47,874 bases of DNA. It comes from Bacteroidota bacterium (GTDB taxonomy: Bacteria > Bacteroidota > Bacteroidia > Flavobacteriales > Flavobacteriaceae). The DNA lies in contig JAZABS010000049.1 of the NCBI GenBank assembly GCA_036136835.1, forward strand, positions 1 through 47,874, written 5' to 3'. Positions 1 to 9,939 of the stretch are shown piece by piece (position 1 is the first letter of the stretch; each line of letters opens with the position of its first letter). The position numbers were made by a program, and so were the translations under genes. Under the pieces are notes generated by a model that was given only the letters and a program-made list of their open reading frames with translations, was not told the DNA's origin and did not search any database.

Positions 1-1289
1 TTACTGTTACTTGGATTTTCTTCTCTAGTTTTGATTTTCATTTCAGGCCTTACTCTTTGTCTTGTAATTTGTATTAATCCAAATTTACTCGGAGGAAGGA
101 TTTTATGTTTCGCTCTATCTTCTGACATTTCTGTCTTTAGATGGTTAAATAGTTTTTTTCTATTTTCAGCCGTATTCTGATCTATAAAATCAACTACAAT
201 TATTCCACCCATATCTCTAAGTCTTAATTGCCTAGCTATTTCACTAGCCGCTATTATGTTAACTTCTAAAGCAGATTCCTCTTGATTTTTTGATGATGAT
301 TTCCTGTTTCCACTGTTCACATCAATAACATGTAGTGCCTCTGTATGTTCAATAACCAGATAAGATCCTTTTGTCATTGATACAGTTTTGCCAAATGAAG
401 TTTTTATCTGTCTTTCTATTCCAAATTTTTCAAAAATTGGAATATCTGATTTGTAAAATTTAATTATGGACTCTTTTTTTGGTGCAATTTTATTTACATA
501 ATCCTTAATTTGAATATGTAGCGCTTCATCATCTACAATTATTGAGCTAAATGTTTCATCAAATAAATCTCTTAATATCTTTGATGATTTGTTCATTTCA
601 TTAAGAACTTTACTTGGTTGATTAGCTCTTTGCAGTTTTCTGCACATTGCTATCCATCTTCCATATAAATTTTGTAAATCTTTATCTAGTTCAGCTACTT
701 TTTTGCCTTTTGCTACTGTTCTTATTATCACTCCAAAACCTTTGGGTGCAATACTTTTAACAAGTCTTTTTAGACGATCCTTTTCATCATCATTTTCAAT
801 TTTTTGTGAAATCGATACTCGATTTGAAAAGGGCACTAATACTAGATATCTACCTGCCAACGATAACTCTGATGTTATTCTTGGCCCTTTGGTTGATATA
901 GGTTCTTTCACGATTTGAACAAGAACACTTTGATTAGGTTTAAGTACATCTGACATTACTCCATTCTTTTCAATATCTTTTTCAAATGTGAAATTTTTTA
1001 GTGAATAGTTTTTTAATTTCCCAGAGACAACACTTTTAATGAATTTTAACAATGTTGGAAGTTTAGGACCTAAATCATGATAATGTAGGAACCCATCCTT
1101 TTTATATCCAACATTAACAAATGCTGCATTTAGTGCAGGCATTGTTTTTCTTACTTTTGCTAAAAATATATCTCCAACGGAAAAATTAAAATTTTCATCA
1201 TCTTTTTGAAATTCAATTAGTTTACCATCTTTTAATAAGGCAAAATCAATATTATTTGAACTAGAACGAATTATTAATTCTTTATTCAT
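1..1289 (-). CDS. rng: Rne/Rng family ribonuclease (RNase G-like), C-terminus runs off the window
   Basis: Reverse-strand ATG at 1289-1287, open to the window edge and absent from the ORF track. Translation starts MNKELIIRSSSNNIDFALLKDGKLIEF. It has an S1-like segment GDIFLAKVRKTMPALNAAFVNVGYKKDGFLHYHDL and the catalytic-region motif VIDVNSG...GGIIVVDFID typical of RNase E/G. Confidence 0.85.
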   Translation of the reverse strand, partial: MNKELIIRSSSNNIDFALLKDGKLIEFQKDDENFNFSVGDIFLAKVRKTMPALNAAFVNVGYKKDGFLHYHDLGPKLPTLLKFIKSVVSGKLKNYSLKNFTFEKDIEKNGVMSDVLKPNQSVLVQIVKEPISTKGPRITSELSLAGRYLVLVPFSNRVSISQKIENDDEKDRLKRLVKSIAPKGFGVIIRTVAKGKKVAELDKDLQNLYGRWIAMCRKLQRANQPSKVLNEMNKSSKILRDLFDETFSSIIVDDEALHIQIKDYVNKIAPKKESIIKFYKSDIPIFEKFGIERQIKTSFGKTVSMTKGSYLVIEHTEALHVIDVNSGNRKSSSKNQEESALEVNIIAASEIARQLRLRDMGGIIVVDFIDQNTAENRKKLFNHLKTEMSEDRAKHKILPPSKFGLIQITRQRVRPEMKIKTREENPSNS

Positions 1290-1443
1290 TTTGTTCGTTT
1301 TTACAGTTATAATAACTGACCATTAATAATTTTATTCGATGTAAAATTCATTAATTGCAAAAGTCATTATTGCAACTTTTAAATGAATTTAATTTCAAAG
1401 AACTTAAGGTTGAATGTAATTAGTTAGATTAATTGTTTCTGTA

Positions 1444-1536
1444 TTAATCTTTTTTCTTATGACGATTAGCTCTACGTCTCTTTTTCCTTTTATGAGTAGC
1501 TACTTTATGTCTTTTACGTTTTTTACCACTTGGCAT
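1444..1536 (-). CDS. 30-aa Lys/Arg-rich peptide, possible small ribosome-associated protein (bS22/mS38-like composition)
   Basis: ATG at 1536-1534 and TAA at 1446-1444, giving MPSGKKRKRHKVATHKRKKRRRANRHKKKD. It starts 11 nt after the hup stop, on the same strand, between hup and rng. It uses CGT Arg codons. It is below the length cut-off of the ORF track. Confidence 0.5.
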   Translation of the reverse strand: MPSGKKRKRHKVATHKRKKRRRANRHKKKD

Positions 1537-1547
1537 TTGTCAATATT

Positions 1548-1838
1548 TTAATCAATCTTAACTTTAGTTTTGACCCCTTCTACAAAAAATTTAGAAGGTT
1601 TAAATGCTGGAATATTGTGTGCAGGAATTTTTAATGTAGTATTATTTTTAATATTTCTAGCTGTTTTCTCAGCTCTTTTCTTTACTATAAAACTTCCAAA
1701 TCCTCTTAGATATACATTTTCTCCATTTTCAAGAGAATTGATAATTTCTTTCATTAATGATTCAACTGTAAGTTGAACATCTACTTTTTCAATTCCCAAA
1801 TTCTTGGAAATGTTTGATACAATATCAGCTTTTGTCAT
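1548..1838 (-). CDS. hup: HU family DNA-binding protein
   Basis: 96 aa. The HU/IHF pattern is present: MTKADIV...LRGFGSF.VKKRAEKTARN...IPA...P.FKPSK. Confidence 0.9.
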   Translation of the reverse strand: MTKADIVSNISKNLGIEKVDVQLTVESLMKEIINSLENGENVYLRGFGSFIVKKRAEKTARNIKNNTTLKIPAHNIPAFKPSKFFVEGVKTKVKID

Positions 1839-1966
1839 AAATCAATTTTTTTGTTACTAATATATTTCAACAATGGCGCAAATATATGTATTTTAATTTC
1901 AATATTTAAAACATGATTAATTTAATTTTTTTACTAAATATTTAAATTAGACATAAAATTTATTGT

Positions 1967-3034
1967 ATGAATTTTAGCACTTATATCTTAAAATGGTATA
2001 ATCTTAATAAAAGGGATCTTCCATGGAGAATGAACCAGGATCCTTATTTAGTATGGTTGTCTGAAATAATATTACAGCAAACAAGAATTTCACAGGGCAC
2101 TTCTTATTACTTAAAATTTGTTGATAAATACCCTAATATTAAATCGTTAGCTTCAGCTAGTGAAAATGATATTCTATTATTGTGGCAAGGTTTAGGCTAT
2201 TATTCAAGAGCAAGAAATTTATTAAAGACAGCTAAACATATTGTTAATAATTTAGATGGAGCTTTCCCAGACAATTATAATGATTTGTTGAAATTACCTG
2301 GAATTGGACAATATACTGCAAGTGCTATTGCTTCAATATGTTTTAATGAGAGAAGGGCAGTAGTAGATGGGAATGTCTTTAGAGTTATTTCTAGAATTTA
2401 TGGTATAGAAAAGCCAATTAATACTTCTGGAGGTAAAAAATATTTTATTGATTTTACTCAAAAATTAATACCCAAAAAGTTCTGCGGAGATTATAATCAA
2501 GGAATTATGGATTTTGGTTCTTTAATATGTAAACCTAAATCCCCTTTATGTCAAGATTGTGTATTATCTTCAAAATGTTATGCAAGAAAAACTAATAATA
2601 TTCAATATCTACCAATTAAGTTAAAACAATCTAGTCCAGAGACAACATATTTTAATTATATAGTTAATATAAATTCTAATTATATGACTTCTTTGAATAA
2701 AATAGAAGATGGTATTTGGAAAAAGTTATTTCAATTTCCTAAAGTTGAATCAAAAGCGGAACTAAATAAACATGATTTGTTATCTAATAAAAAAATTAAT
2801 AAACTAATCAATCTATCAAACGGTGAGATTAAATTATTTAATTCTAAACCTTTAATTCATAAATTATCTCATAAAATTATCCATGCAAAATTTTGGATTT
2901 TTTTAAATCAAAATCCAACTGTTAATTCAATAAACTTTTCAGAAATTAAGAAATATCCTGTGCCTAAGCTTATTCAAAAATTCTTAGATGATTTTAATTA
3001 TAAAACATTTTTAAAAACATTTAGTTATAAATGA
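1967..3034 (+). CDS. mutY: A/G-specific adenine DNA glycosylase
   Basis: LPWR...DPY.VWLSEIILQQT, an HhH-GPD region (LPGIGQYTASAI), a Cys cluster (C..C..C...C) for the 4Fe-4S loop, and a C-terminal NUDIX-like domain. Confidence 0.9.
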   Translation: MNFSTYILKWYNLNKRDLPWRMNQDPYLVWLSEIILQQTRISQGTSYYLKFVDKYPNIKSLASASENDILLLWQGLGYYSRARNLLKTAKHIVNNLDGAFPDNYNDLLKLPGIGQYTASAIASICFNERRAVVDGNVFRVISRIYGIEKPINTSGGKKYFIDFTQKLIPKKFCGDYNQGIMDFGSLICKPKSPLCQDCVLSSKCYARKTNNIQYLPIKLKQSSPETTYFNYIVNINSNYMTSLNKIEDGIWKKLFQFPKVESKAELNKHDLLSNKKINKLINLSNGEIKLFNSKPLIHKLSHKIIHAKFWIFLNQNPTVNSINFSEIKKYPVPKLIQKFLDDFNYKTFLKTFSYK

Positions 3035-3064
3035 TATAATTAATTAAATTAGATAAAAAAAAAT

Positions 3065-3505
3065 ATGTCAGGAACATTAAATAAAGTCATGCTTATTGGT
3101 CATCTTGGAGATGACGTAAAAATTCATCGTTTTGAAGATGGTGGATGTGTTGGCAGATTTCCTCTTGCAACAAATGAAACATATCTAAATAGACAAACTA
3201 ATGAAAGAGTTTCGAATACTGAGTGGCATAATGTTGTCTTAAGAAATAAAGCTGCGGAAATATGTGAGAAATATTTATCTAAAGGCGATAAAGTTTACAT
3301 TGAGGGCCGTATAAAAACAAGAAAATGGCAGGATGATAAGGGTATGGATAGATATTCAACTGAGATTAATTGCACTGAATTTACGTTCTTATCAAATAAA
3401 CAAGATCCACAGCCAGATATGGGAATAAGTCCTCCAAAAAATACTGATGAAGTAGAAAATTCAAAATCTGAAGATTCTAATTCTAGTGATGATTTACCTT
3501 TCTAG
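3065..3505 (+). CDS. ssb: single-stranded DNA-binding protein
   Basis: OB-fold N-terminus LNKVMLIGHLGDDV...TEWHNVV, a disordered acidic tail, and the C-terminal tip SSDDLPF. Confidence 0.95.
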   Translation: MSGTLNKVMLIGHLGDDVKIHRFEDGGCVGRFPLATNETYLNRQTNERVSNTEWHNVVLRNKAAEICEKYLSKGDKVYIEGRIKTRKWQDDKGMDRYSTEINCTEFTFLSNKQDPQPDMGISPPKNTDEVENSKSEDSNSSDDLPF

Positions 3506-3527
3506 TTTATTTATAACTTTCAATTAG

Positions 3528-4826
3528 TTGAATATATCAATTACAGAAATACTTTACTTAGTAATATCAGATTTTCAATTCAATTCTGATATTATATTAT
3601 TGGCTATTTTATTAATCTTATCTGGATTAATTTCTGGATCAGAGGTTGCATTATTTTCTTTATCTAAAACTGACATTAAATCTAATTCTGATTTAAATGC
3701 ATTTAAAATAGTAGATAATTTATTAAAAGAACCGAATAAGCTTTTGGCAACTATATTAATTACAAACAATTTAATCAATATAGGGATTGTTCTCCTTTTT
3801 ACTCAAATTGGGGAATTATTATTTCACTCAATAGGGTCTCCTTTAATAAAATTTCTTTTAGAAATTGTTGTTGCTACTTTTTTAATATTATTGTTTGGAG
3901 AAATTTTACCAAAAATATATGCTTCACGAAATAATATTGGTTTTTCAAGAATTATTGCATATCCATTACGAATTTTAGATATAATTTTTTCTCCATTTAG
4001 TTACCCAATGCAAAATTTTTCAAATTATATTAAAGATAAAATTGCGATACAAAATTCAAATATTAGTATTGACCATATATCTCATGCTTTAGATTTAACA
4101 AGTACAGAAGAAACTACTTCACAAGAACAAAAAATTTTAAAAGGAATAGTAAATTTTGGCAGTATTGAAACTAAAGAAATCATGCGTCCAAGGATTGATA
4201 TTTTTGCAATAGAATCAAGCCTTAACTCTAATCAGGTAATACAAGCAATTAATAAGACCAATCATTCAAGAATTCCAGTATATAAGGAAAATCTGGATAA
4301 TATTATTGGAGTATTGCATATAAAGGATTTGTTGCCATTTTTAGAAAAAAAAGAATTTGAATGGCAAAATTTATTAAGAGAACCATTATTTATTCCTGAA
4401 AACAAGAAATTAGATGATCTAATGATAGAATTTCAGGAGAAAAGAGTTCATTTAGCTATAGTAGTTGGGGAGTATGGGGGAACTTCAGGATTGGTCTCTT
4501 TAGAAGATGTGATTGAAGAGATAGTAGGGGATATTTCCGATGAGTTTGATGATGATAATTTATTATATTCAAAAATCGATGATAACAATTTTACTTTTGA
4601 CGCAAAAACTAGTTTACATGATTTTTGTAGAATCATTAAGATCGATAAAGAGATATTTGATGAATATAAATTTGATTCTGAAACAATTGCAGGTTTTATT
4701 TTAGAAATTTCAAAGATTTTCCCTAAAAAAAATAGTAAAATAAATTTTATGAATCTTATTTTTAAAATAGAATCAATCGATAAGAAAAGAATAAAACAAG
4801 TAAAAGTAACAATCTTAGATAAATGA
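3528..4826 (+). CDS. gldE: gliding motility-associated protein GldE (CNNM/CorC-type membrane protein with CBS pair)
   Basis: TTG start. N-terminal TM domain, CBS pair region and CorC_HlyC-like C-terminus. The order ssb-gldE-gldD is conserved in Flavobacteriia. Confidence 0.8.
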   Translation: MNISITEILYLVISDFQFNSDIILLAILLILSGLISGSEVALFSLSKTDIKSNSDLNAFKIVDNLLKEPNKLLATILITNNLINIGIVLLFTQIGELLFHSIGSPLIKFLLEIVVATFLILLFGEILPKIYASRNNIGFSRIIAYPLRILDIIFSPFSYPMQNFSNYIKDKIAIQNSNISIDHISHALDLTSTEETTSQEQKILKGIVNFGSIETKEIMRPRIDIFAIESSLNSNQVIQAINKTNHSRIPVYKENLDNIIGVLHIKDLLPFLEKKEFEWQNLLREPLFIPENKKLDDLMIEFQEKRVHLAIVVGEYGGTSGLVSLEDVIEEIVGDISDEFDDDNLLYSKIDDNNFTFDAKTSLHDFCRIIKIDKEIFDEYKFDSETIAGFILEISKIFPKKNSKINFMNLIFKIESIDKKRIKQVKVTILDK

Positions 4827-5401
4827 GAAATTTAATTTATGTATGTTTTATTTTTATCCTTGGTTGTGATAACTATTTGATGCCTAAGCAGTCTGCTTTT
4901 TTAAGATTAGATTACTCTAATCCACAATATGAACAAATAAATAATAATTCATTTCCATTTTTATTTGAAACGAATAATATCTTATCTAATATATCAGAAA
5001 TAAATATTAGTAATGAATCTATTGATTTTATTTTAAAGTATGATGAATTAAATGGACAGGTAAACTTTCAATATAAAAATGTTGCTTCAAAAGAAGCATT
5101 AGATACTTACATACTAGATTTGAAAAAAACGATTGAAACTCACTCTATTATGGCAAATACTGTAAGAATTAGAGATTATGTTTTAGAAGAAAATGATATT
5201 TATGGAAGGATATTTGATTTATCTGGGAATGTCGCTTCTCCATACCAATTTTATTTAACAGATAATAAAAATAGTATCATCTCAGGATTTGTATATTTTA
5301 ATATTAAGCCTAATTATGATTCTATTTTACCGGCAATTAATTATATAGAAAATGATATGATTAATTTGATTGAATCCTTTTCTTGGAAAAAAAATAAATG
5401 A
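4823..5401 (+). CDS. gldD: gliding motility lipoprotein GldD
   Basis: 192 aa with lipobox FILGC. Its start overlaps the gldE stop by 4 nt (ATGA). Size and position match GldD. Confidence 0.7.
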   Translation: MRNLIYVCFIFILGCDNYLMPKQSAFLRLDYSNPQYEQINNNSFPFLFETNNILSNISEINISNESIDFILKYDELNGQVNFQYKNVASKEALDTYILDLKKTIETHSIMANTVRIRDYVLEENDIYGRIFDLSGNVASPYQFYLTDNKNSIISGFVYFNIKPNYDSILPAINYIENDMINLIESFSWKKNK

Positions 5402-6273
5402 AAAAGTGGTTATATCTTATCAGTTTATCAATAATATGGGGAAGTTCATTTATTCTTATAAAAAAAGCTTTAATTGGTCTTAGTCCTACACAATTAGGAT
5501 CTTTGAGAATTATTTTTTCATCGATAATTATTTTTGCTTTTGCTTGGCATACTTTGAAAATAATAACAAAAAACGAGTGGAAATGGATCATTATTTCAGC
5601 TTTTCTTGGAAGTTTTTTTCCAGCTTTTCTCTTTGCTTTTGCTGAAACAGAAATTGATAGTTCAATAGCATCTGTATTAAATTCTTTAGTTCCCCTTAAC
5701 ACAGTTATTATTGGAGCTATAGTATTTAAAATAGCCTCATCAAAAAAACAAATTATCGGAGTAATTATAGGTTTTATAGGTACTTACCTGCTTATTGAGA
5801 AAGGGATAGAACTAAATCCCGATCAAAATTATTTGTATTCAGGCCTAGTTATACTTTGCTCTTTTTTATATGGTTTTAATGTTAACATTATAAAAAAATA
5901 TTTAAATGAAGTTCCTCCTGTAGCCATTGCAGCAGGTCATTTTTCAGTCATTTTTATTCCAGCAATTGTAATCTTTTTGCTATCTGATTTTAAGTCAGAA
6001 CAAATTCATGATCCAGATACAATCAAATCAATAGGATATGTATTGGTTCTATCAGCTTTTGGAACAGCACTTGCTAAGGTTCTCTTTAATAAATTAGTTC
6101 AAATGTCCACTGCAGTTTTTGCATCTTCTGTTACATATTCCCTATTAATTGTATCCTTGTTTTGGGGAATATTAGATGGCGAACTTTTTAGTTTTAACCA
6201 ATTTATGGCAACAATACTAATTGTATTGGGCGTATTATTATCAAGTAGAAACCCTAGGCAATCTTTAGATTAA
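5398..6273 (+). CDS. EamA/DMT family transporter
   Basis: 291 aa with about 10 hydrophobic helices in two EamA-like halves. The start overlaps the gldD stop. Confidence 0.85.
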   Translation: MKKWLYLISLSIIWGSSFILIKKALIGLSPTQLGSLRIIFSSIIIFAFAWHTLKIITKNEWKWIIISAFLGSFFPAFLFAFAETEIDSSIASVLNSLVPLNTVIIGAIVFKIASSKKQIIGVIIGFIGTYLLIEKGIELNPDQNYLYSGLVILCSFLYGFNVNIIKKYLNEVPPVAIAAGHFSVIFIPAIVIFLLSDFKSEQIHDPDTIKSIGYVLVLSAFGTALAKVLFNKLVQMSTAVFASSVTYSLLIVSLFWGILDGELFSFNQFMATILIVLGVLLSSRNPRQSLD

Positions 6274-8429
6274 AAATCTGAGTCCTTTAATTCTTCATTA
6301 ATAAGAATTTCAGTAATATTTAATTTAAGTCCTTGAGCTGCTATTTCTGTGTAAAAAGGAAATTTAATTCCATTTACTACTCTATAATCATTGTAATTTG
6401 TAGAGACTATATTATTATCAACCTCCTCCTCAACACTTAATAATAATCCAGAATCTACACTATAGTATCTATAAGATACTTTTTCACCTTCAGTTACTTT
6501 TACTTTATATGCATCATTAAAGTCAATGGAGTTAATACTTAATAATTCTAATTCTTCTTCAGAATAATACAATTCTTCAAAAATCCCTTTTACAGCTTTT
6601 GCTCTATCAATTTGTTTTTGCTCCATTGCATTTCTTTGCCCTTGAGATACCATATAACCAGATTCACCGTCAAATGATACTTTCATTAATGTCATCGTAT
6701 TGCCCGTCATACTACTACCAGAGGATCTGGATCCTCCTCGCATACCTGGACCTCTTCTTCCTCCTCCCATGCTATTCCCCATGCTTTGACCGGGCATACT
6801 CGCCTCAATTGTAAAAGAAGATTTATTTGGCAGTTTGTTTTTTATAATTGCCTGGGGTTTAAATGGTGCCCCTGGTGGAACTTCCATATCAGCTTTTTGT
6901 ACTAGAGTAGTAACAGATTCAAGTAGATCTCTACCACCAATTGCGTCAATATAAGTATTTATCACTTGAGAAGCTGTTAAACCATCTGGAATAGCCTTAT
7001 TAAATACAGGTTTTGCTATAGCATTAGCATATTGATCAAAATAATTAATTGGCCAACCAACATTTTCTGCAAGATTATCTGCTACATCACTTCCTTTGCC
7101 AACAACAACAATTCTTGTTCCATTAGGATAATTGAAATATTTGTTTGCTACTCTTCTTACATCTTCATCACTAACCGCATTTATTTTTTCAAGATATGTT
7201 TCATAAAAATCTTTAGGCAGATCATTTAATTTAATGTTTAGTGCATAGTTTGCAATAGTTTGAGGCCTTTCTAATCTAGTTATAAAATTACCTACATATT
7301 TTGCTTTAGCATTTTTTAATAATTCAGCATCTACATTCTCTGTTTTTATTCTATTGATTTCTGATAATATTTCAACTACCGCACTATCAGTAACCATATT
7401 TCTAACCTTTGCAGCAGCTGTAAATCTAGCAACACCATATCTGTTTGATCCAAGGCTTGAATAAGATCCATAAGTATATCCCTTATCTTCTCTTAGATTT
7501 TTAAAAAGGTATCCTTCTCCACCTCCACCTAGAATATTATTAGTAATTAACGCTGCATGATAATCTTCATCACTCATTTTTAAATCTACATTATTAGTTA
7601 CCAATATAGAAGATTGAGTAGCAGTTGGTAAATCGACAAAATTAATTTCAGTCAGATTAACATTAGGTGTCATTACTGGAATAGGGTCAGTATGAGATTT
7701 ACCTTTTTTCCATGCTCCAAATTTTTCAGAAATCGTAGACTTAATATCTTTATAATTTACATCTCCAATTACTACTAAATATGAATTGTTTGGTTTAAAA
7801 TATTTTTCATGATAATCTAAAACATCCTGAAATGTTATATTATTTAAAGTTTCTTCAGTTATGAATTCACCATAAGCATGATTTTTTCCATATGACAGAG
7901 CACTACCAACTCTTCCAGATATTGCATCTAAACTTTTTTTATCAGCCTTAAGCCCTTCAATTAACTTTTTCTTTTCTTTATCAAATTCATCTTCAGATAG
8001 AAGAGGATTAATTATAGCATCAGTCATTAGATCGAGAACTTGTTCATTGTTCTTAGTTAATGTAGTAGCAAAACCTCCACTAAATCCAATATTTAATGAT
8101 GCACCAAGAAAATCAATTTCATCTATAAAATCTTCTTTAGACATAGATGTAGTCCCTTTTCCAAGTATACTACCTAGCAAACTAGTTACACCAGCTTTAT
8201 CACCTTCAACTATTGGATTATTGTCAATTCTTAGACTATATGAAACTCTTGGTAGTTTGTGATTCTCAACTACTAAAACTTTTATTCCATTTTTTAATTT
8301 AAATTCTTGTGGTTTATCAAGTTTTATTTTTGGAGTTGGACCACCCATAGGTTGAATAGATCTATCTAATTGAGAATACGCATTAATATTTAGCAGTATT
8401 ATTGTTATGAATAGAATAAATTTTTTCAT
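6270..8429 (-). CDS. M16 family peptidase-like protein (non-catalytic partner) with about 250-aa C-terminal extension
   Basis: Signal peptide and M16 N/C domain architecture, but no HxxEH motif. The C-terminal extra domain is interrupted by a Gly/Ser/Met/Arg-rich stretch. It is paired with the catalytic M16 gene upstream. Confidence 0.8.
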   Translation of the reverse strand: MKKFILFITIILLNINAYSQLDRSIQPMGGPTPKIKLDKPQEFKLKNGIKVLVVENHKLPRVSYSLRIDNNPIVEGDKAGVTSLLGSILGKGTTSMSKEDFIDEIDFLGASLNIGFSGGFATTLTKNNEQVLDLMTDAIINPLLSEDEFDKEKKKLIEGLKADKKSLDAISGRVGSALSYGKNHAYGEFITEETLNNITFQDVLDYHEKYFKPNNSYLVVIGDVNYKDIKSTISEKFGAWKKGKSHTDPIPVMTPNVNLTEINFVDLPTATQSSILVTNNVDLKMSDEDYHAALITNNILGGGGEGYLFKNLREDKGYTYGSYSSLGSNRYGVARFTAAAKVRNMVTDSAVVEILSEINRIKTENVDAELLKNAKAKYVGNFITRLERPQTIANYALNIKLNDLPKDFYETYLEKINAVSDEDVRRVANKYFNYPNGTRIVVVGKGSDVADNLAENVGWPINYFDQYANAIAKPVFNKAIPDGLTASQVINTYIDAIGGRDLLESVTTLVQKADMEVPPGAPFKPQAIIKNKLPNKSSFTIEASMPGQSMGNSMGGGRRGPGMRGGSRSSGSSMTGNTMTLMKVSFDGESGYMVSQGQRNAMEQKQIDRAKAVKGIFEELYYSEEELELLSINSIDFNDAYKVKVTEGEKVSYRYYSVDSGLLLSVEEEVDNNIVSTNYNDYRVVNGIKFPFYTEIAAQGLKLNITEILINEELKDSDF

Positions 8430-8449
8430 TTTAATATTTTTTCTTGTTA

Positions 8450-9760
8450 TTATTTTGATTCTTCTGGTAGATATTCTATTTCTACTCTTTGATTTGTGTT
8501 TAGATATCTTTTTGCAACATCTCTAATTTCCTCTCTAGATATGGATCTATATATGTCAATCTCCTTATTAATTAGAGTTACATCACCATAAAGCATATAA
8601 TAAGTTGCTAAGGAACTTGCTATTCCAGCTATACTTGAGTTTGAGTTAACAAATTGAGATTCAAATTGATTTTGAAGTTTTTGATAGTCTCTCTCTGAAA
8701 TTAATTCATTCTGAACCTTTGATATTTCTTCATCCATTTCTTCAATTAAAGTATCTAGACTAACATTTCCAAGTGGTAAAGCAAAGAATGTAAACATGCT
8801 ATAGTCTTGTTGCGTTATATTAATCGCCGCAACTTGTAATGCTTGCTCCTGATCATCTACAAGTTTCTTGTATAATACAGAACTTTCTCCTCCACTTAAA
8901 TAAGAAGATATCATGTCTAAAACATATGCATCCCTTTTCCCAAATCCAGGAGTTCTATAAGCCGCTAAAATGGCAGGAATTTGAATATTTCTATCATAGG
9001 TTTTAACTCTAGTCCTTTCAACTATAGGATCTTCTTTAGGGAAATTCCTAATTACTTCAGGTTTGCTTTTTACTTCTGAAAAGTACTTTCTAACAAGATC
9101 TTTAGTTTCTTCTATTTGAATGTCTCCAGCAACAATTAATACAGCATTATTTGGTCCATAATATTTGTCATAGTAAGCCATGAATTCTTCTAATGTCGCT
9201 GCATCTAAATCCTCCATTTTACCTATATTTTCATCCTTGTAAGGATGTACTTTAAATAGATTTTCACCTAAAACCTTAAAGATTTTTCCATATGGAGCAT
9301 CATATCTTTGTCTTTTTTCTTCCTTAACAACTTCATTTTGTGTATCTACACCAACTTTATCTATTACAGGGTGAAGCATACGCTCAGATTCTAACCATAA
9401 ACCTAATTCAAGTTTATTAGACGGAAATATTTCATAATAATATGTCCTGTCATTTGATGTATTGGCATTAAATGTACCTCCATTTGCAGGTATAATTTTC
9501 ATAAATTCACCTCTGCCTATGTTCTCTGAACCTTCAAATAATAGATGCTCAAAGAAGTGAGCAAAACCAGTTCTGCCTTCTTCTCTGTCCTTACCACCAA
9601 CATCATACATAACAGAAGTGACAACTACTGGTGCCGCATTGTCTTGGTGAAGGATAACGTGCAACCCATTTTCAAGATCAAATTCTGTAAAATCTACTTG
9701 TTGAGCAAATAGGCTATTTATAAGAAGAAAAGCAGAAAATAATAATAGAATTTTTTTCAT
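8450..9760 (-). CDS. M16 family zinc metallopeptidase (pitrilysin-like)
   Basis: Signal peptide, inverted zinc motif HFFEH (FAHFFEHLLFEG), 436 aa. Confidence 0.9.
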   Translation of the reverse strand: MKKILLLFSAFLLINSLFAQQVDFTEFDLENGLHVILHQDNAAPVVVTSVMYDVGGKDREEGRTGFAHFFEHLLFEGSENIGRGEFMKIIPANGGTFNANTSNDRTYYYEIFPSNKLELGLWLESERMLHPVIDKVGVDTQNEVVKEEKRQRYDAPYGKIFKVLGENLFKVHPYKDENIGKMEDLDAATLEEFMAYYDKYYGPNNAVLIVAGDIQIEETKDLVRKYFSEVKSKPEVIRNFPKEDPIVERTRVKTYDRNIQIPAILAAYRTPGFGKRDAYVLDMISSYLSGGESSVLYKKLVDDQEQALQVAAINITQQDYSMFTFFALPLGNVSLDTLIEEMDEEISKVQNELISERDYQKLQNQFESQFVNSNSSIAGIASSLATYYMLYGDVTLINKEIDIYRSISREEIRDVAKRYLNTNQRVEIEYLPEESK

Positions 9761-9876
9761 TTTTTTCAGTTTAAATTGATTTAATTAACGTTTTATATTA
9801 TATAAATTGGGACTGCAAATCTACAAAAATTATAAATTAGTCTATTTTTAATAGATATTTATATCATAAAAAAACA

Positions 9877-9907
9877 TTTGTAGGTTAACATATAAACTTT
9901 ATATTTG
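9877..9907 (+). promoter_or_regulatory. candidate Bacteroidota sigma-A promoter for rplU-rpmA
   Basis: TTTG at 9877-9880, a 19-nt spacer, then TATATTTG at 9900-9907. This matches -33 TTTG / -7 TAnnTTTG and lies 33 nt before the rplU ATG. Confidence 0.45.
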
Positions 9908-9939
9908 CAGACGTTTTCGAATGATATAATCATATAAAT

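Noticed and set aside
703-918. 71-aa plus-strand ORF near the window start
   Set aside because: It lies antisense inside the RNase G coding region, whose minus-strand frame is continuous and conserved.
5361-5702. 113-aa minus-strand ORF overlapping the gldD/EamA junction
   Set aside because: It is antisense to the EamA transporter frame, which has a coherent TM pattern. I recognised no motifs in it.
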